Source: a virus
IMG/VR virus record: IMGVR_UViG_3300044455_000043
Span: 1-52,684 of that record
Reading direction: 5' to 3' (one strand)
Length of the DNA: 52,684 nucleotides
The notes below the pieces were generated by a model. The model saw only the letters and a program-made list of their open reading frames with translations, was not told the origin of the DNA and ran no database searches. Position numbers and translations under genes: made by a program. Every line of letters begins with the position of its first letter. Position 1 is the stretch's first letter. Of this stretch, positions 43,007-52,527 are shown in pieces.

Positions 43007-44128
43007 CTACGCGAGCGCGAGGCCAGGCGTCACGTCACAGCGTTGGTGGATGAGTTTGACGTATTCGGGGTTGAGTTCGATGAGGAGGGCTTTGCGGCCG
43101 AGTTCCAGGGCGACCATGCCGGTTGTGCCGCTGCCGGCGAAGGGGTCGAGGATCGTATCGCCTGGTTTGCTCCCGGCGAGAATGCAGGGCTTTATCAGGT
43201 CGGGCGGGTAGGTGGCGAAGTGGGCGTCTGGAAACGACCGCGTTGTTACCGTCCACACGCTCCGTTTGTTTCGCGTCTCTCCAAAGGGGGAATCATGACT
43301 GCCGCCGCGGAGCCGAGCTGTCGCGACATTATCGACCATGCGCCGTCCGCTCGACTGCGACGGGGTCGTGGAATGCTTTCCATTCGTCCGCTTACGATAA
43401 TCGCCGTGGCTACCAACGTCGTTCCTGCCGGTGCCAGGCTGCACTATCGGCCCAGACCCACGCAAACGCTCACACGTCACGCCCTCCGCTATCGCCTTGG
43501 CATCGTAATAATACCGCTCCGACTTCGTGAGGAGGAATAGGTATTCGTGCGCCTTCGTGCAGCGATCAGTGACGCTCTCCGGCATCGGGTTCGGTTTCGA
43601 CCAGATGATGTCTTGCCGTAGCCACCAACCTTCCGATCTCAAAGCGAAGGCGACCATCCAAGGAATTCCGACCAGGTCCTTCGGTTTGAGGCCAGCTATC
43701 GGCATCCGCTTCGGTTGCGTCATTGGCCCGACGCCAATCCCGTCGCCGATGTAGTTATGCTTTCCCATCGCGCCACGTTTGACTCTGTTCTGCGCCTCCC
43801 CTCTCCCATGCGACGCCGGGCCACGAGCCCACCGCTCGCCCTGCTTTCCGCCGCCTGGACAATTTCCCACCGCGCCGCCGCCCGTCGCGTAACTATCCCC
43901 GAGATTCAGCCAGAGCGTCCCGTCACTCTTGAGCACACGCCGCACTTCCCGAAACACTTCGACCATCTTCGCCACGTATTCGTCAGGCGTTTTCTCGAGG
44001 CCAAGTTGACCGGCGTTGCCGTAATCGCGCAGGCCCCAATACGGTGGGGAGGTCACACAGCACTGCACACTCTCATCCGGCAGCAACCGGAGCTGCGCCA
44101 AGGCATCACCCTGCTTGATCGTCAGCAT
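43007..44128 (-). CDS. DNA methyltransferase, N6_N4_Mtase family (beta class), 373 aa. It is N4-cytosine or N6-adenine specific.
   Basis: Motif IV is CVTSPPYWGLRDY and lies near the N-terminus. Motif I is ILDPFAGSGTTGMVALELGRKALLIELNPEY and lies near the C-terminus. Start at Met 44128, after the upstream stop at 44140. Confidence 0.85.
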   Translation of the reverse strand: MLTIKQGDALAQLRLLPDESVQCCVTSPPYWGLRDYGNAGQLGLEKTPDEYVAKMVEVFREVRRVLKSDGTLWLNLGDSYATGGGAVGNCPGGGKQGERWARGPASHGRGEAQNRVKRGAMGKHNYIGDGIGVGPMTQPKRMPIAGLKPKDLVGIPWMVAFALRSEGWWLRQDIIWSKPNPMPESVTDRCTKAHEYLFLLTKSERYYYDAKAIAEGVTCERLRGSGPIVQPGTGRNDVGSHGDYRKRTNGKHSTTPSQSSGRRMVDNVATARLRGGSHDSPFGETRNKRSVWTVTTRSFPDAHFATYPPDLIKPCILAGSKPGDTILDPFAGSGTTGMVALELGRKALLIELNPEYVKLIHQRCDVTPGLALA

Positions 44129-44139
44129 AATATTTTCTT

Positions 44140-44754
44140 TCAAGCTTTTATTTTTGGGTCGCGCGCGAGGCCCCACTGCTCGGCCATCGCCTTTGCTACG
44201 CCCGGCAGCGTGCGACTGCGTTCCTTCCAGCGGTTCGGGCCAGGAGACGCTCGATGGACGGCGGACCAGTTCTTCCATTCGTCACTTCCCCTTTCTGGCC
44301 GCGGCAGAACGTTGGTTGGAACGAGAGGAGCAACGCCGCGAAGCCATAGGCATGTAGCCTTGAATCGTGGCTCTCCGAACATCCACGGCTGAATCGTCTG
44401 ATCCTGCCGTCGGCCAATTAGTTTTTTTGCGTGGCAGTGCATGATCGAGTTTTCGCTGTAACCGGGCCGCGGGTCTGTGAGTGTGAGGCGAAATATCTCG
44501 GCCGCTTCCTCCAACTCGATCCATCGAGCGGGATTTTCTTTCAACCATCTCACGCCGGAGTTTGCCATGACGCGACACTCAAAATGGAATCCGATGAAGT
44601 CCCAGGATTCTTGAATGACGCTGCGGAAATCTCCGATGATATGCTTGCCGTCTCGCTCGCTCGGCAGGAGATCGCAGCTATAGGCATCGTGCCCTTGTCG
44701 TGAAAAGGCGTCACGCACGACGCCAGAAAACTCACACGCGATCAATACCCTCAT
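44140..44754 (-). CDS. Short C5-cytosine-methyltransferase-like protein, 204 aa.
   Basis: MRVLIACEFSGVVRDAF (motif-I-like), FHFECRVMANSG (motif-IV position), GYSENS (ENV-like), QTIQPWMFGEP..KATCLWLRG and GVAKAMAEQWG. Confidence 0.5.
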   Translation of the reverse strand: MRVLIACEFSGVVRDAFSRQGHDAYSCDLLPSERDGKHIIGDFRSVIQESWDFIGFHFECRVMANSGVRWLKENPARWIELEEAAEIFRLTLTDPRPGYSENSIMHCHAKKLIGRRQDQTIQPWMFGEPRFKATCLWLRGVAPLVPTNVLPRPERGSDEWKNWSAVHRASPGPNRWKERSRTLPGVAKAMAEQWGLARDPKIKA

Positions 44755-44857
44755 ATTTTTCTTTCTAAAGCGTCTGCCGATCGGAAGTAGAAAGGGAAAG
44801 CATAATAACCCTGCCGGCATTACTGCTTGGGCCTTCCGACCGACGGACGAGCTGAGA

Positions 44858-45094
44858 GTGACGGAAGCGATAAAGCTTGTCGAATCTTTTTTTTGGGGTA
44901 TTCGTCGAGGCGTGGCATCCGACTCTCCGCTGCCTGAGAGCTACCCGATAAAGTTCACCGCGCGCCGCGGCAAAGTTGTGATTCGGTTCAAGTGCCGTCA
45001 ACTGACCGTAAGCGGTGAGGCTGGGGTAAAGATCGCGCACGACCTGATGGCTGTTGCGGAGAAGGCGTTGGGAGGAAGGATCGCAAAAGCATGA
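44858..45094 (+). CDS. Hypothetical protein, 78 aa.
   Basis: GTG start. Coupled to the following ORFs. Confidence 0.4.
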   Translation: MTEAIKLVESFFWGIRRGVASDSPLPESYPIKFTARRGKVVIRFKCRQLTVSGEAGVKIAHDLMAVAEKALGGRIAKA

Positions 45095-45285
45095 AAGACG
45101 TATCAGATCAGGTTGAAACGGGCGACATTGACGGAGGAATCATTGTCATTCGGAAATGTGTTTGCGGAAACCGCTGGGCGAATTGGGAGCGCACCATGAG
45201 TCTTGAGGGCGACGATTTTGAGTGCGAGCACTGCCATCGAAAACTTCGCGCTAGCTACACCGTCAAAGTCGAAGAAGTCGAATGA
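45091..45285 (+). CDS. Zinc-ribbon protein, 64 aa.
   Basis: CVCG...CEHC Cys pairs. ATGA overlaps. Confidence 0.4.
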   Translation: MKDVSDQVETGDIDGGIIVIRKCVCGNRWANWERTMSLEGDDFECEHCHRKLRASYTVKVEEVE

Positions 45286-45509
45286 AAAGCTCAACACTGA
45301 CAAAGGCGGCACTCAATCGGATTGGATGTGAACTCGCGAAGGCTCCGTCGTTACCCAGGCGATTGTCGATCCGCCAACTCTTTCATCGCTTCGTACATCG
45401 CCTCGGCTGGAACCGTCGCACCATGACGATCTCGGCCGACAAGAAGAAGCGGATCCGACGGACCTACCGCTGCATGACGTGCGGGCAGTTCGAGTCGCGG
45501 TTCAACTGA
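45282..45509 (+). CDS. Hypothetical basic protein, 75 aa.
   Basis: Coupled ORF ending 1 nt before terL. C-terminal CMTCG. Confidence 0.4.
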   Translation: MKSSTLTKAALNRIGCELAKAPSLPRRLSIRQLFHRFVHRLGWNRRTMTISADKKKRIRRTYRCMTCGQFESRFN

Positions 45510-45510
45510 G

Positions 45511-47286
45511 ATGGGCTTCAAGCGTTACGGCGCGATCTTCGCCGATCCCGAGGCTGGCTGCGACCCGTCGGCGTCGATCGAGTTGCAGATGGCGTTTAAT
45601 CCTTTGCTCGCGCAGGCCAGCGGATTCCTTGGGCGGTTTCAGCATTTGAAAAACGCCATCGACCTGATCTGGAACGAGCCGCGTCGCAAATATTTCGCCG
45701 AACGTCGAATGGCTTTCGATGAGCGCAAACACGACGTTTTTATTTGGAACGAGTGGAGCTTAGAAATGATGGAAGCTTTTTGCGAGCACCACTGGTCCAC
45801 GACAATCTGGAGCGGCAACGCGAGCTGGAAAACAACGTGCTGCGCCATGTATGCGATCTGCGCGTTCTTCGCTTCCCCGGCCGACACGGTTGTTGTGCTG
45901 ACGACAACGACTCTGCCAGGTTTGCGCAAACGAATCTGGAAAGAGGTCTTGAAGTTCCACCGGCTGTCCCGCGCCGGCATCGGCCAGGTTCATGCGAGCG
46001 ATTACGCAATCCGTTTTCAAAAGGGTTCGGATGAATCGGGTTTGTTCGGTATCGCGACCGGCCAGAACGACGGCGATATTCAGAAAGCGGTCGATAAGAT
46101 CATCGGCTTCCACTCGAAACACGTCATCGCAGTCGTGGACGAAATGCAGGCGACCAACGAAGCTATCGTGAAAGGCTGTCTATCGCTCGAGGCCGGCGCC
46201 GAGAGTTTTCAACTCCTGGGCCCCGGCAACCCAGATTCGGAGTTGGACACGCTCGGCCAGATGTCGGAGCCGGTCGGCGGTTACGAGTCGATCACACCGG
46301 AAGACGATAGGTGGGAGACGAAGAAAGGAATCTGCCTCCATTTCGACGGAGAAGAATGCCCGCGGGTGAAAGAGGGCGATGAATTTTATCCTGGCATGTT
46401 GACTCGGCGCGATCTGGAATCCGCGAAAAAGCAGTACGGCGAGGATTCCCCTGAGTATTGGAGGACGCGAAAAGGTTTCATCGCACCGCAAGGCATCTCT
46501 AAAATCGTGCTCACCCCGTCGATCATCAATAAATTCAGAGCGAAAGAAAAAGCGATCTGGGTTTCAGGCTACGAGATGGGCGCTGGGCTGGATCCCGCGT
46601 TCGAGGGCGGCGACCGTTGTATGCTTCGATTCGGCAAGTGCGGCCAGATGCTCGAAAATCAGGTGGGCATCGAGTTGAACGAACTGGTTCAGATAAAAGT
46701 TAGCGCCACATCCTCGACCCCGCTTCACTATCAAATCGTCGAGCAAGTGAGGCTCTGTTGCGAGCAGCACGATCCACCTGTTAGGCCGGAGAACTTCGCG
46801 CTTGATTCTACCGGGGAGGGAGGTGGCCTCGCGTCGATCTTTCAACGTGAATGGTCGCCGGCGATTACGCTGGTCGAGTTCGGCGGCGGCGCGAGCACGC
46901 TGCCGGTTAGCGAATTCAATCCGAAGCCGTCGAATCAGGAGTATCTGAATCGCGTCACGGAACTGTGGTACACGTTTCGGACGATGGTGCAGAACGGACT
47001 GATTCGTGGCCTCGACAACGAAACTGCTTTCGAGTTCTGCCGCCGCATCTACGAGAATCGCGGCAACCTCAAGATGCTGGAAACCAAAGCGAAGATGAAG
47101 CTTCGCACGCGGCGCAGTCCCGATTTGGCCGACGCGACCGTTGTGCTCGTGGAGCTTTTTAGGCAAACCCAAAACTTGGGGTCAACTGGAGAAAAGGTAA
47201 CTCAAACAGATGACGCTTGGGCTAAATTTCGTAGAGAGCAAACAGAACTGCTTGACGAGGAGCACGCTTACCTGCAAGAAGCATGA
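45511..47286 (+). CDS. terL: Terminase large subunit, 591 aa.
   Basis: Size and position upstream of the portal. Walker-B-like IAVVDEMQ. Nuclease-domain-like LDSTGEGGGLASIF and DLADATV. Confidence 0.8.
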   Translation: MGFKRYGAIFADPEAGCDPSASIELQMAFNPLLAQASGFLGRFQHLKNAIDLIWNEPRRKYFAERRMAFDERKHDVFIWNEWSLEMMEAFCEHHWSTTIWSGNASWKTTCCAMYAICAFFASPADTVVVLTTTTLPGLRKRIWKEVLKFHRLSRAGIGQVHASDYAIRFQKGSDESGLFGIATGQNDGDIQKAVDKIIGFHSKHVIAVVDEMQATNEAIVKGCLSLEAGAESFQLLGPGNPDSELDTLGQMSEPVGGYESITPEDDRWETKKGICLHFDGEECPRVKEGDEFYPGMLTRRDLESAKKQYGEDSPEYWRTRKGFIAPQGISKIVLTPSIINKFRAKEKAIWVSGYEMGAGLDPAFEGGDRCMLRFGKCGQMLENQVGIELNELVQIKVSATSSTPLHYQIVEQVRLCCEQHDPPVRPENFALDSTGEGGGLASIFQREWSPAITLVEFGGGASTLPVSEFNPKPSNQEYLNRVTELWYTFRTMVQNGLIRGLDNETAFEFCRRIYENRGNLKMLETKAKMKLRTRRSPDLADATVVLVELFRQTQNLGSTGEKVTQTDDAWAKFRREQTELLDEEHAYLQEA

Positions 47287-47912
47287 TCCTCAAGCGCCGA
47301 GATCAAACGCCTCCCGACGGCTTCCGGTACGTCCATCAGGAAACGGGCTACGTCTCATGGGCCATCGACATTCATACTTGGTTCGAGAACATCGTCGCTC
47401 ACCGCAACGCGAACAATCTCCCGCCGATCACGCTTGAGATGGCCGAGGCGCAGCTTTGCGAGACGATCGGGCCGAGTTGGTGCGCTCATTCGCCGTCGGT
47501 TCAGAAGGGACACGGCTTTGTCAGCACGCGCCTGCGCTGGCGGGATATTGTCGAAGGCACGAAAGCGTATCTCTCGTTTATCGCCTCGGGATTTCAGACT
47601 GTCAGCCAGGCGGAAGCTGATCGGCGCGCGGGCATTTGCGCCGGCTGCTTCCTTCAAGTTGTGCCGCAAGGATGCGGCGCGTGCGTCAAAATCGGTCGGC
47701 TGATTACTGGCAACGTAGCCACCAAAACGACCGCGCACGACCGACTCCTCGCAAATAAGGCTTGCGCTGTCTGCCATTGCGGAACAAAATCCATCGTTCA
47801 TTTCCCAATGCCGCTACTCGAAAAAGCAGACACGCCGGAGAAGCAAGCAGCTTATCCCTCGTTCTGTTGGCGCAAGCAGGGCGGCGAGGCATACCAACCC
47901 GAGGCCGTCTAA
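47283..47912 (+). CDS. Cys-rich hypothetical protein, 209 aa.
   Basis: CAGC, CGAC and CAVCHC clusters. ATGA overlap with terL. Confidence 0.45.
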   Translation: MILKRRDQTPPDGFRYVHQETGYVSWAIDIHTWFENIVAHRNANNLPPITLEMAEAQLCETIGPSWCAHSPSVQKGHGFVSTRLRWRDIVEGTKAYLSFIASGFQTVSQAEADRRAGICAGCFLQVVPQGCGACVKIGRLITGNVATKTTAHDRLLANKACAVCHCGTKSIVHFPMPLLEKADTPEKQAAYPSFCWRKQGGEAYQPEAV

Positions 47913-48143
47913 ATGCAAACCATCACCGACCCTAAGAACAGCAACGTCAAGCGCATCGAGTACGACATCAGCACGCGCAAGCTGACGATCCATTTCAAGA
48001 ACGCGATCACGTATCTCTACACCGGCTTTCCGCCGAGGGCGTGGCACCGGCTGTTCACCGCGCGCAACATCGGGAATTGGGTACAGGATCATGTGATCGG
48101 CGTCTATCGCGGGCGCCGACTGCGGTTCGTGCCCGCTGCGTAA
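47913..48143 (+). CDS. KTSC-domain protein, 76 aa.
   Basis: VKRIEYDISTRKLTIHFKNAITYLYTGFPPRAWHRLFTARNIGNW matches the KTSC pattern. Confidence 0.6.
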   Translation: MQTITDPKNSNVKRIEYDISTRKLTIHFKNAITYLYTGFPPRAWHRLFTARNIGNWVQDHVIGVYRGRRLRFVPAA

Positions 48144-48152
48144 CACATCCCG

Positions 48153-48392
48153 TTGAAGAAACTTTTCGTGATTGCAATCGGCGAGGTTGACGGCGAGTAC
48201 TTCGCCAACGTCGATTCACTCACCGACAACAAGCACGCGACGGTCAATGACACGAGTCCGAAACGGATGCTGGCGAAGATGAACAAGCTGATTCGGGTGA
48301 AGGCGCGGCAGGAACGTCTGTTGCCGATGCCGAAACGGAATTTGGTCCGCGGCGCTAACGGCCACGAGGTTGCTCTCGTAGAACGGAACTGA
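48153..48392 (+). CDS. Hypothetical protein, 79 aa.
   Basis: TTG start as tracked. Confidence 0.35.
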   Translation: MKKLFVIAIGEVDGEYFANVDSLTDNKHATVNDTSPKRMLAKMNKLIRVKARQERLLPMPKRNLVRGANGHEVALVERN

Positions 48393-48393
48393 T

Positions 48394-48501
48394 ATGTGGA
48401 TCGTGATTGCTCTCGTTGTTGGAATTTTGCTCGGAGCTGTCGCAACGTTTTTAATCGTGGCGTGGGCAACTGGTGAGGCAGTTGGGAGGACTCTCTGGTA
48501 A
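48394..48501 (+). CDS. Single-pass membrane peptide, 35 aa (below the track cutoff).
   Basis: Sequence: MWIVIALVVGILLGAVATFLIVAWATGEAVGRTLW. Its TAA overlaps the portal ATG (TAATG). Confidence 0.35.
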   Translation: MWIVIALVVGILLGAVATFLIVAWATGEAVGRTLW

Positions 48502-50855
48502 TGGACGCTGTTGCTACGATTACTCAGGAGCCGGACGGGAAGTTTGAAATTCCCGAGAGTTGCATCGGCAGCGCCGCCGACGCCCGCACGACAATCTCGA
48601 CCCTCGTGCAAGCCGAGGGACTTCGCGCGACCCGCCGCGCCAAGATTAACGGCATGTGGAACGGCAACCCGCCCTGGCCGGGACTACTCAAGGCTAAAGG
48701 GCAAGGCGAACGAGCCAACTTCACCCTGCGCGAGTTTGAAGGATTCGTCTCGGCCGCGAAGACGCCGTATTACGCGCTCGCGTTCAAGGCAGACCGATTT
48801 GCGCAGTTCACCATCGACTACGGCAACGCCGACCCTGGGCAGCTCGCGGAATGGGCTGGCAAGATCGCCACGCGCTACCAGTACGCGCTGGAGGATTGGG
48901 ACGGCTTGGACATGAACATGCAGCATTCGCAGGTCCAGATGGTCGTCCACGGCATCGGGCCGATGATGTGGGAGGACGAATGGGATTGGAGGTCAGATTC
49001 GCGAAATGCCGGTCAACTACTACTGCCAGACGACGCGTCTGCCGACATTGACAAGTGGGATACCGCTGGCTGTAGGCGTTCGTATCTTCCGAGTGAGTTG
49101 TGGAAGAAGATTCGGAACGAAAGTGCTGCGACGGCTCGCAAGTGGAACGTTCCGGCGGTCAAGCGCGCGATTATGAACGCTGGCCCCGAAAACCTCAAGA
49201 CCGGCTTCGGGATGAATTACGAGTATTACGAGGCCGAGCTTCGCAAAGGCTCAATGGGTTACGACGCCAAGTCAAAACGCATCTTCGTCGCCGACCTGTT
49301 CCAGAAAGAGTTCGACGGCAAGATAAGTCACTTCATCGTTTTACAGGTGGATGAACCGACGACCGAGGATAATTCCGAGAAGCCGGCTGACGACGATTTT
49401 GGTTTTCTGTTTCGCAAGATTGGCCGTTTTGATTCCTACGCACAAATCGTCTGCCCGTTCCTATTCGACGTTGGCCCCGACAAACAGGCGCTCTCGGTCA
49501 AGGGTGCTGGCCCAAAGATATTCGACTTTTGCAGCGCCAGCGATCGGTTGACGATGCGCACTCTGGACGGCGCGATGAAGGCTGCGGGCATCATCGTGCA
49601 GGCGAAAGACGGCAAATCTTTACAGGAAGCCGCCTTCACTGATACCTCCGGCGGCACAATCATCGGCCCAGGCTACGACGCGCAGCAACAGCGCATCGCG
49701 CCCGACTTGCAATCGCCGCTCCTCGCCAAGCGCACTCTCAGCATGATCCTTTCCGATAACACCGGGAATTACATGCAGCGATTGAAGGAATCGAATCCCG
49801 CGCCAACGCTCGGCCAAGAACAGTTGACCGTGCAACGCGAATCAGTCTTGGGCGATCACGACGCCAGCCGGTACTGCAAATATCTCGACCGCTTTCACCG
49901 CGAAACTTTCCGGCGTTTATTGGCGATGGGTAAAAAACTCTTCGCGAGCCGGAAAGACGTGGCGCCGGACAAGGACGAAAAGAGCGAGTCGCTTACCACG
50001 AGCGAGAAGGGTGCGTTGAAATTCTACAAAAGCCTCGTCGTCAACGATGGAATCCCCGAGGAAATCTTGGAGTTCGAGAATTTCTGCCGGATCATGGCAA
50101 CTCGGCTGGTCGGCAATGGCAGTTCGCAGATGCGGACGATCATCGGGGAAAAGATGCTCGGCATGATTCCGATGATGAACGAGCGCGGTCGCACCTTTAC
50201 GCAGCGCATGGTTGTTTCTGGCCTCGCCGGGGAAACCGTGGCCGACGCGACGTTCCCGGCTTACGACACGCCGGACATCGTGGACCAAAACGTTTCAGTC
50301 GCCACGATGGAAAACAACTTCCTGCGAATGCCAGGCGCGAAACTTCGAGTGTCGCCCGATCAGGATGATATCGCGCATTTCGGGATTCACATGCAATTCG
50401 TCGGCGAAGTCGGGCAAGGCGTGCAGGCAGGTCAAGTTGATCCGCACGAACTATTGGTCGTGCTCGAGCAAGCCGGCCCACACACGTACGAGCATATTCA
50501 GGAAGTCGCAGGCGACCCCACTCGCAAACAACAGGTCAAAGGGATGATGGAAGCTTGGATGCAGATGTCCAAGATGACCGACCAACTCGCGCAACAGGTG
50601 GCCGAGATGGATGCCGCCGCCGCCGCGCAACAGCCGCAACAGGCGCCCGACCCAGATTTGATTGCCGCGCTCGCGAAGGTCAACGGCGACCTTGCCATTA
50701 AGGCGCGCGCGCAGGAAGGGAAGTTCCTCCTTCAAGCGCAGAAACAGAACTTCACGATGAGTCAGAAGGACAAAGAGGCTGCACATTCAATGCGCCTCAA
50801 GAACTTTGAAGCGGCGACCGACGCCGCGCGGCAACCGCAGGAGCAAGCCGCTTGA
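48501..50855 (+). CDS. Portal protein, 784 aa.
   Basis: Large ORF between terL and the scaffold-like gene. Q/A-rich helical C-terminus. Assigned from position. Confidence 0.7.
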   Translation: MDAVATITQEPDGKFEIPESCIGSAADARTTISTLVQAEGLRATRRAKINGMWNGNPPWPGLLKAKGQGERANFTLREFEGFVSAAKTPYYALAFKADRFAQFTIDYGNADPGQLAEWAGKIATRYQYALEDWDGLDMNMQHSQVQMVVHGIGPMMWEDEWDWRSDSRNAGQLLLPDDASADIDKWDTAGCRRSYLPSELWKKIRNESAATARKWNVPAVKRAIMNAGPENLKTGFGMNYEYYEAELRKGSMGYDAKSKRIFVADLFQKEFDGKISHFIVLQVDEPTTEDNSEKPADDDFGFLFRKIGRFDSYAQIVCPFLFDVGPDKQALSVKGAGPKIFDFCSASDRLTMRTLDGAMKAAGIIVQAKDGKSLQEAAFTDTSGGTIIGPGYDAQQQRIAPDLQSPLLAKRTLSMILSDNTGNYMQRLKESNPAPTLGQEQLTVQRESVLGDHDASRYCKYLDRFHRETFRRLLAMGKKLFASRKDVAPDKDEKSESLTTSEKGALKFYKSLVVNDGIPEEILEFENFCRIMATRLVGNGSSQMRTIIGEKMLGMIPMMNERGRTFTQRMVVSGLAGETVADATFPAYDTPDIVDQNVSVATMENNFLRMPGAKLRVSPDQDDIAHFGIHMQFVGEVGQGVQAGQVDPHELLVVLEQAGPHTYEHIQEVAGDPTRKQQVKGMMEAWMQMSKMTDQLAQQVAEMDAAAAAQQPQQAPDPDLIAALAKVNGDLAIKARAQEGKFLLQAQKQNFTMSQKDKEAAHSMRLKNFEAATDAARQPQEQAA

Positions 50856-51154
50856 CTTGTCGCCAATTCAGGGAATCGACCGAGCTTGTGTCTCGGATGC
50901 GCCAGATATTCGAGGACGACGTTTTTAAGCTCTGGCTTTCGACATTCGAGCAGGACGACAATCCAATGAATCAGGTTGCGCCGACCGACATCACGCCTCA
51001 CGGTGCTTACATTATGCTGGGCGAGCAAACGGGCTGGCGACAATGCCTGACTCGATTCGTGCTCGGCGGCGTGCCAATCGAGACGCCGAAGCCCGTCGGA
51101 ACGCAGGACGACCAGACTTACGCAGACCCGTTAGCCGAAGAAGCCGAACAGTAG
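50852..51154 (+). CDS. Hypothetical head-module protein (100 aa from TTG; 85 aa from ATG 50897).
   Basis: TTGA overlap with the portal stop. Confidence 0.4.
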   Translation: MTCRQFRESTELVSRMRQIFEDDVFKLWLSTFEQDDNPMNQVAPTDITPHGAYIMLGEQTGWRQCLTRFVLGGVPIETPKPVGTQDDQTYADPLAEEAEQ

Positions 51155-51164
51155 AAAGCCCACC

Positions 51165-52403
51165 ATGCCAGAATTAGCCGACGCACCAGCGCCAACGAAA
51201 GATCAGGTCAATCCAGGGTTGCGTGCCCTTTTCGACATCGAGACGCCGACTGACTATCCCGTCTCTACAACCGAGGAGGACGGCACGGAAACGACGGTCG
51301 GCAAGACGAAGCGCGAGGAACCTGCTCCCGCGCCTACGCCCGCGCCTGAACCGGAACCCAAGCCAGAACCGAAGCCCGCCGAGGACGCGCTGAAACTGCG
51401 CCTGGCACCAGACTTCGCCGCGAAAGACACGACGCCAGCGCCTCCGACGGAACCTCCCATTAAGATCACGGACGAGATGATCGCTGAGGCCAAGACGCCA
51501 AAGGCGCAGGCCGACATGCGGAAGTTTCGCGATTCGTACGACACGCTGCAAAAGGAAGTCGAGACTCTCCGTTCGCGGACAGCCGCGCCGCCCGAGGATG
51601 CCGTAGCGACCAAGATGCTCCTCGAAACGGTGACAAAAGAGCGAGACGAACTGCTCTCCAAAGTCGAACGCGCCAACCTTTTCGACAGTCCGAAGTTCCA
51701 ACAGGAACATCTGCTCCCGCGGCAGAAGCAATTCGACCGCTTGCAGGGCATCGTGAAGGACGGAGGGGCCGATCCCGCCGCGCTTCAACGGGCAATCGCC
51801 ATGCCTGCCGGAAAAGGCCGCATCGCCGCCTTGGATGAGATTCGCGAGGAACTCTCGTCTCCGACGCTTCAAGGCCAGTTCGACCGGCTGGTTGAGGACA
51901 TCGACGCCAAGACGGAAACAATTAACGAGAAGGTGCGCAACGCCCGCCAGACGGCCGAGGAACTGAAACGGACGGAGACGGTCCAAACGCACGAACAGCG
52001 TATCGCGATGCAGAAACAGTTCGAGGCGTTGCTGGGATCCGCGATCACGGACCTGAAAGACAACGTGGGCCTCGAAGTGTTGCACAAGACTGGCAAGCCC
52101 GAATTTCAGTGGTACGACGACCAGGCCGACGAAATTATGTCGGTCGCGAAAGAAATCCTGCTCGACGCCACACCAGAGAAAGCCGCGATCGCTTCGGTCC
52201 TGGCAGCGTCCGCCGGCCCGTATCGGACGATGTGGCAGGCGGAACGCAAAGCACGGATGGCCGTCGAAGCCGAGAACCGCGAACTGAAAGGCGCCGACCC
52301 GAGTCTGACCGCCGAGCGCAAAACCTCGACCGTGCCGGACGCCGACGCGGGCGACGCCGACAAGATCCTCGAAAAGCTTCGCTCCGGCGGCTATCGCAAG
52401 TGA
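51165..52403 (+). CDS. Scaffolding-like protein, 412 aa.
   Basis: PAPAPTPAPEPEPKPEPKP spacer followed by a long E/K/A/L/Q helical region. It lies between the portal and capsid genes. Confidence 0.55.
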   Translation: MPELADAPAPTKDQVNPGLRALFDIETPTDYPVSTTEEDGTETTVGKTKREEPAPAPTPAPEPEPKPEPKPAEDALKLRLAPDFAAKDTTPAPPTEPPIKITDEMIAEAKTPKAQADMRKFRDSYDTLQKEVETLRSRTAAPPEDAVATKMLLETVTKERDELLSKVERANLFDSPKFQQEHLLPRQKQFDRLQGIVKDGGADPAALQRAIAMPAGKGRIAALDEIREELSSPTLQGQFDRLVEDIDAKTETINEKVRNARQTAEELKRTETVQTHEQRIAMQKQFEALLGSAITDLKDNVGLEVLHKTGKPEFQWYDDQADEIMSVAKEILLDATPEKAAIASVLAASAGPYRTMWQAERKARMAVEAENRELKGADPSLTAERKTSTVPDADAGDADKILEKLRSGGYRK

Positions 52404-52527
52404 AGGTCGGCGTCACAGTCACAACCACGTTGACGTGGGGCAATCGGTGGCGATTCCTTAAACTCGCGTTCTCCCTTTGTAAACAAGCAACCATCAAATT
52501 CCCAAAATCAGAATGGAAACCAGACCC

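Noticed and set aside
43004-44392. + strand ORFs of 178 and 225 aa across the MTase island.
   Set aside because: The minus-strand frames contain canonical SPPY and FAGSGTT motifs and C5-MTase-like blocks. The + strand ORFs have no motifs.
51174-52085. A 303-aa minus-strand ORF, with several shorter ones, antisense to the scaffold-like gene.
   Set aside because: It is an Arg-rich shadow of the E/K/A-rich + strand gene and lies in the middle of a unidirectional late operon.
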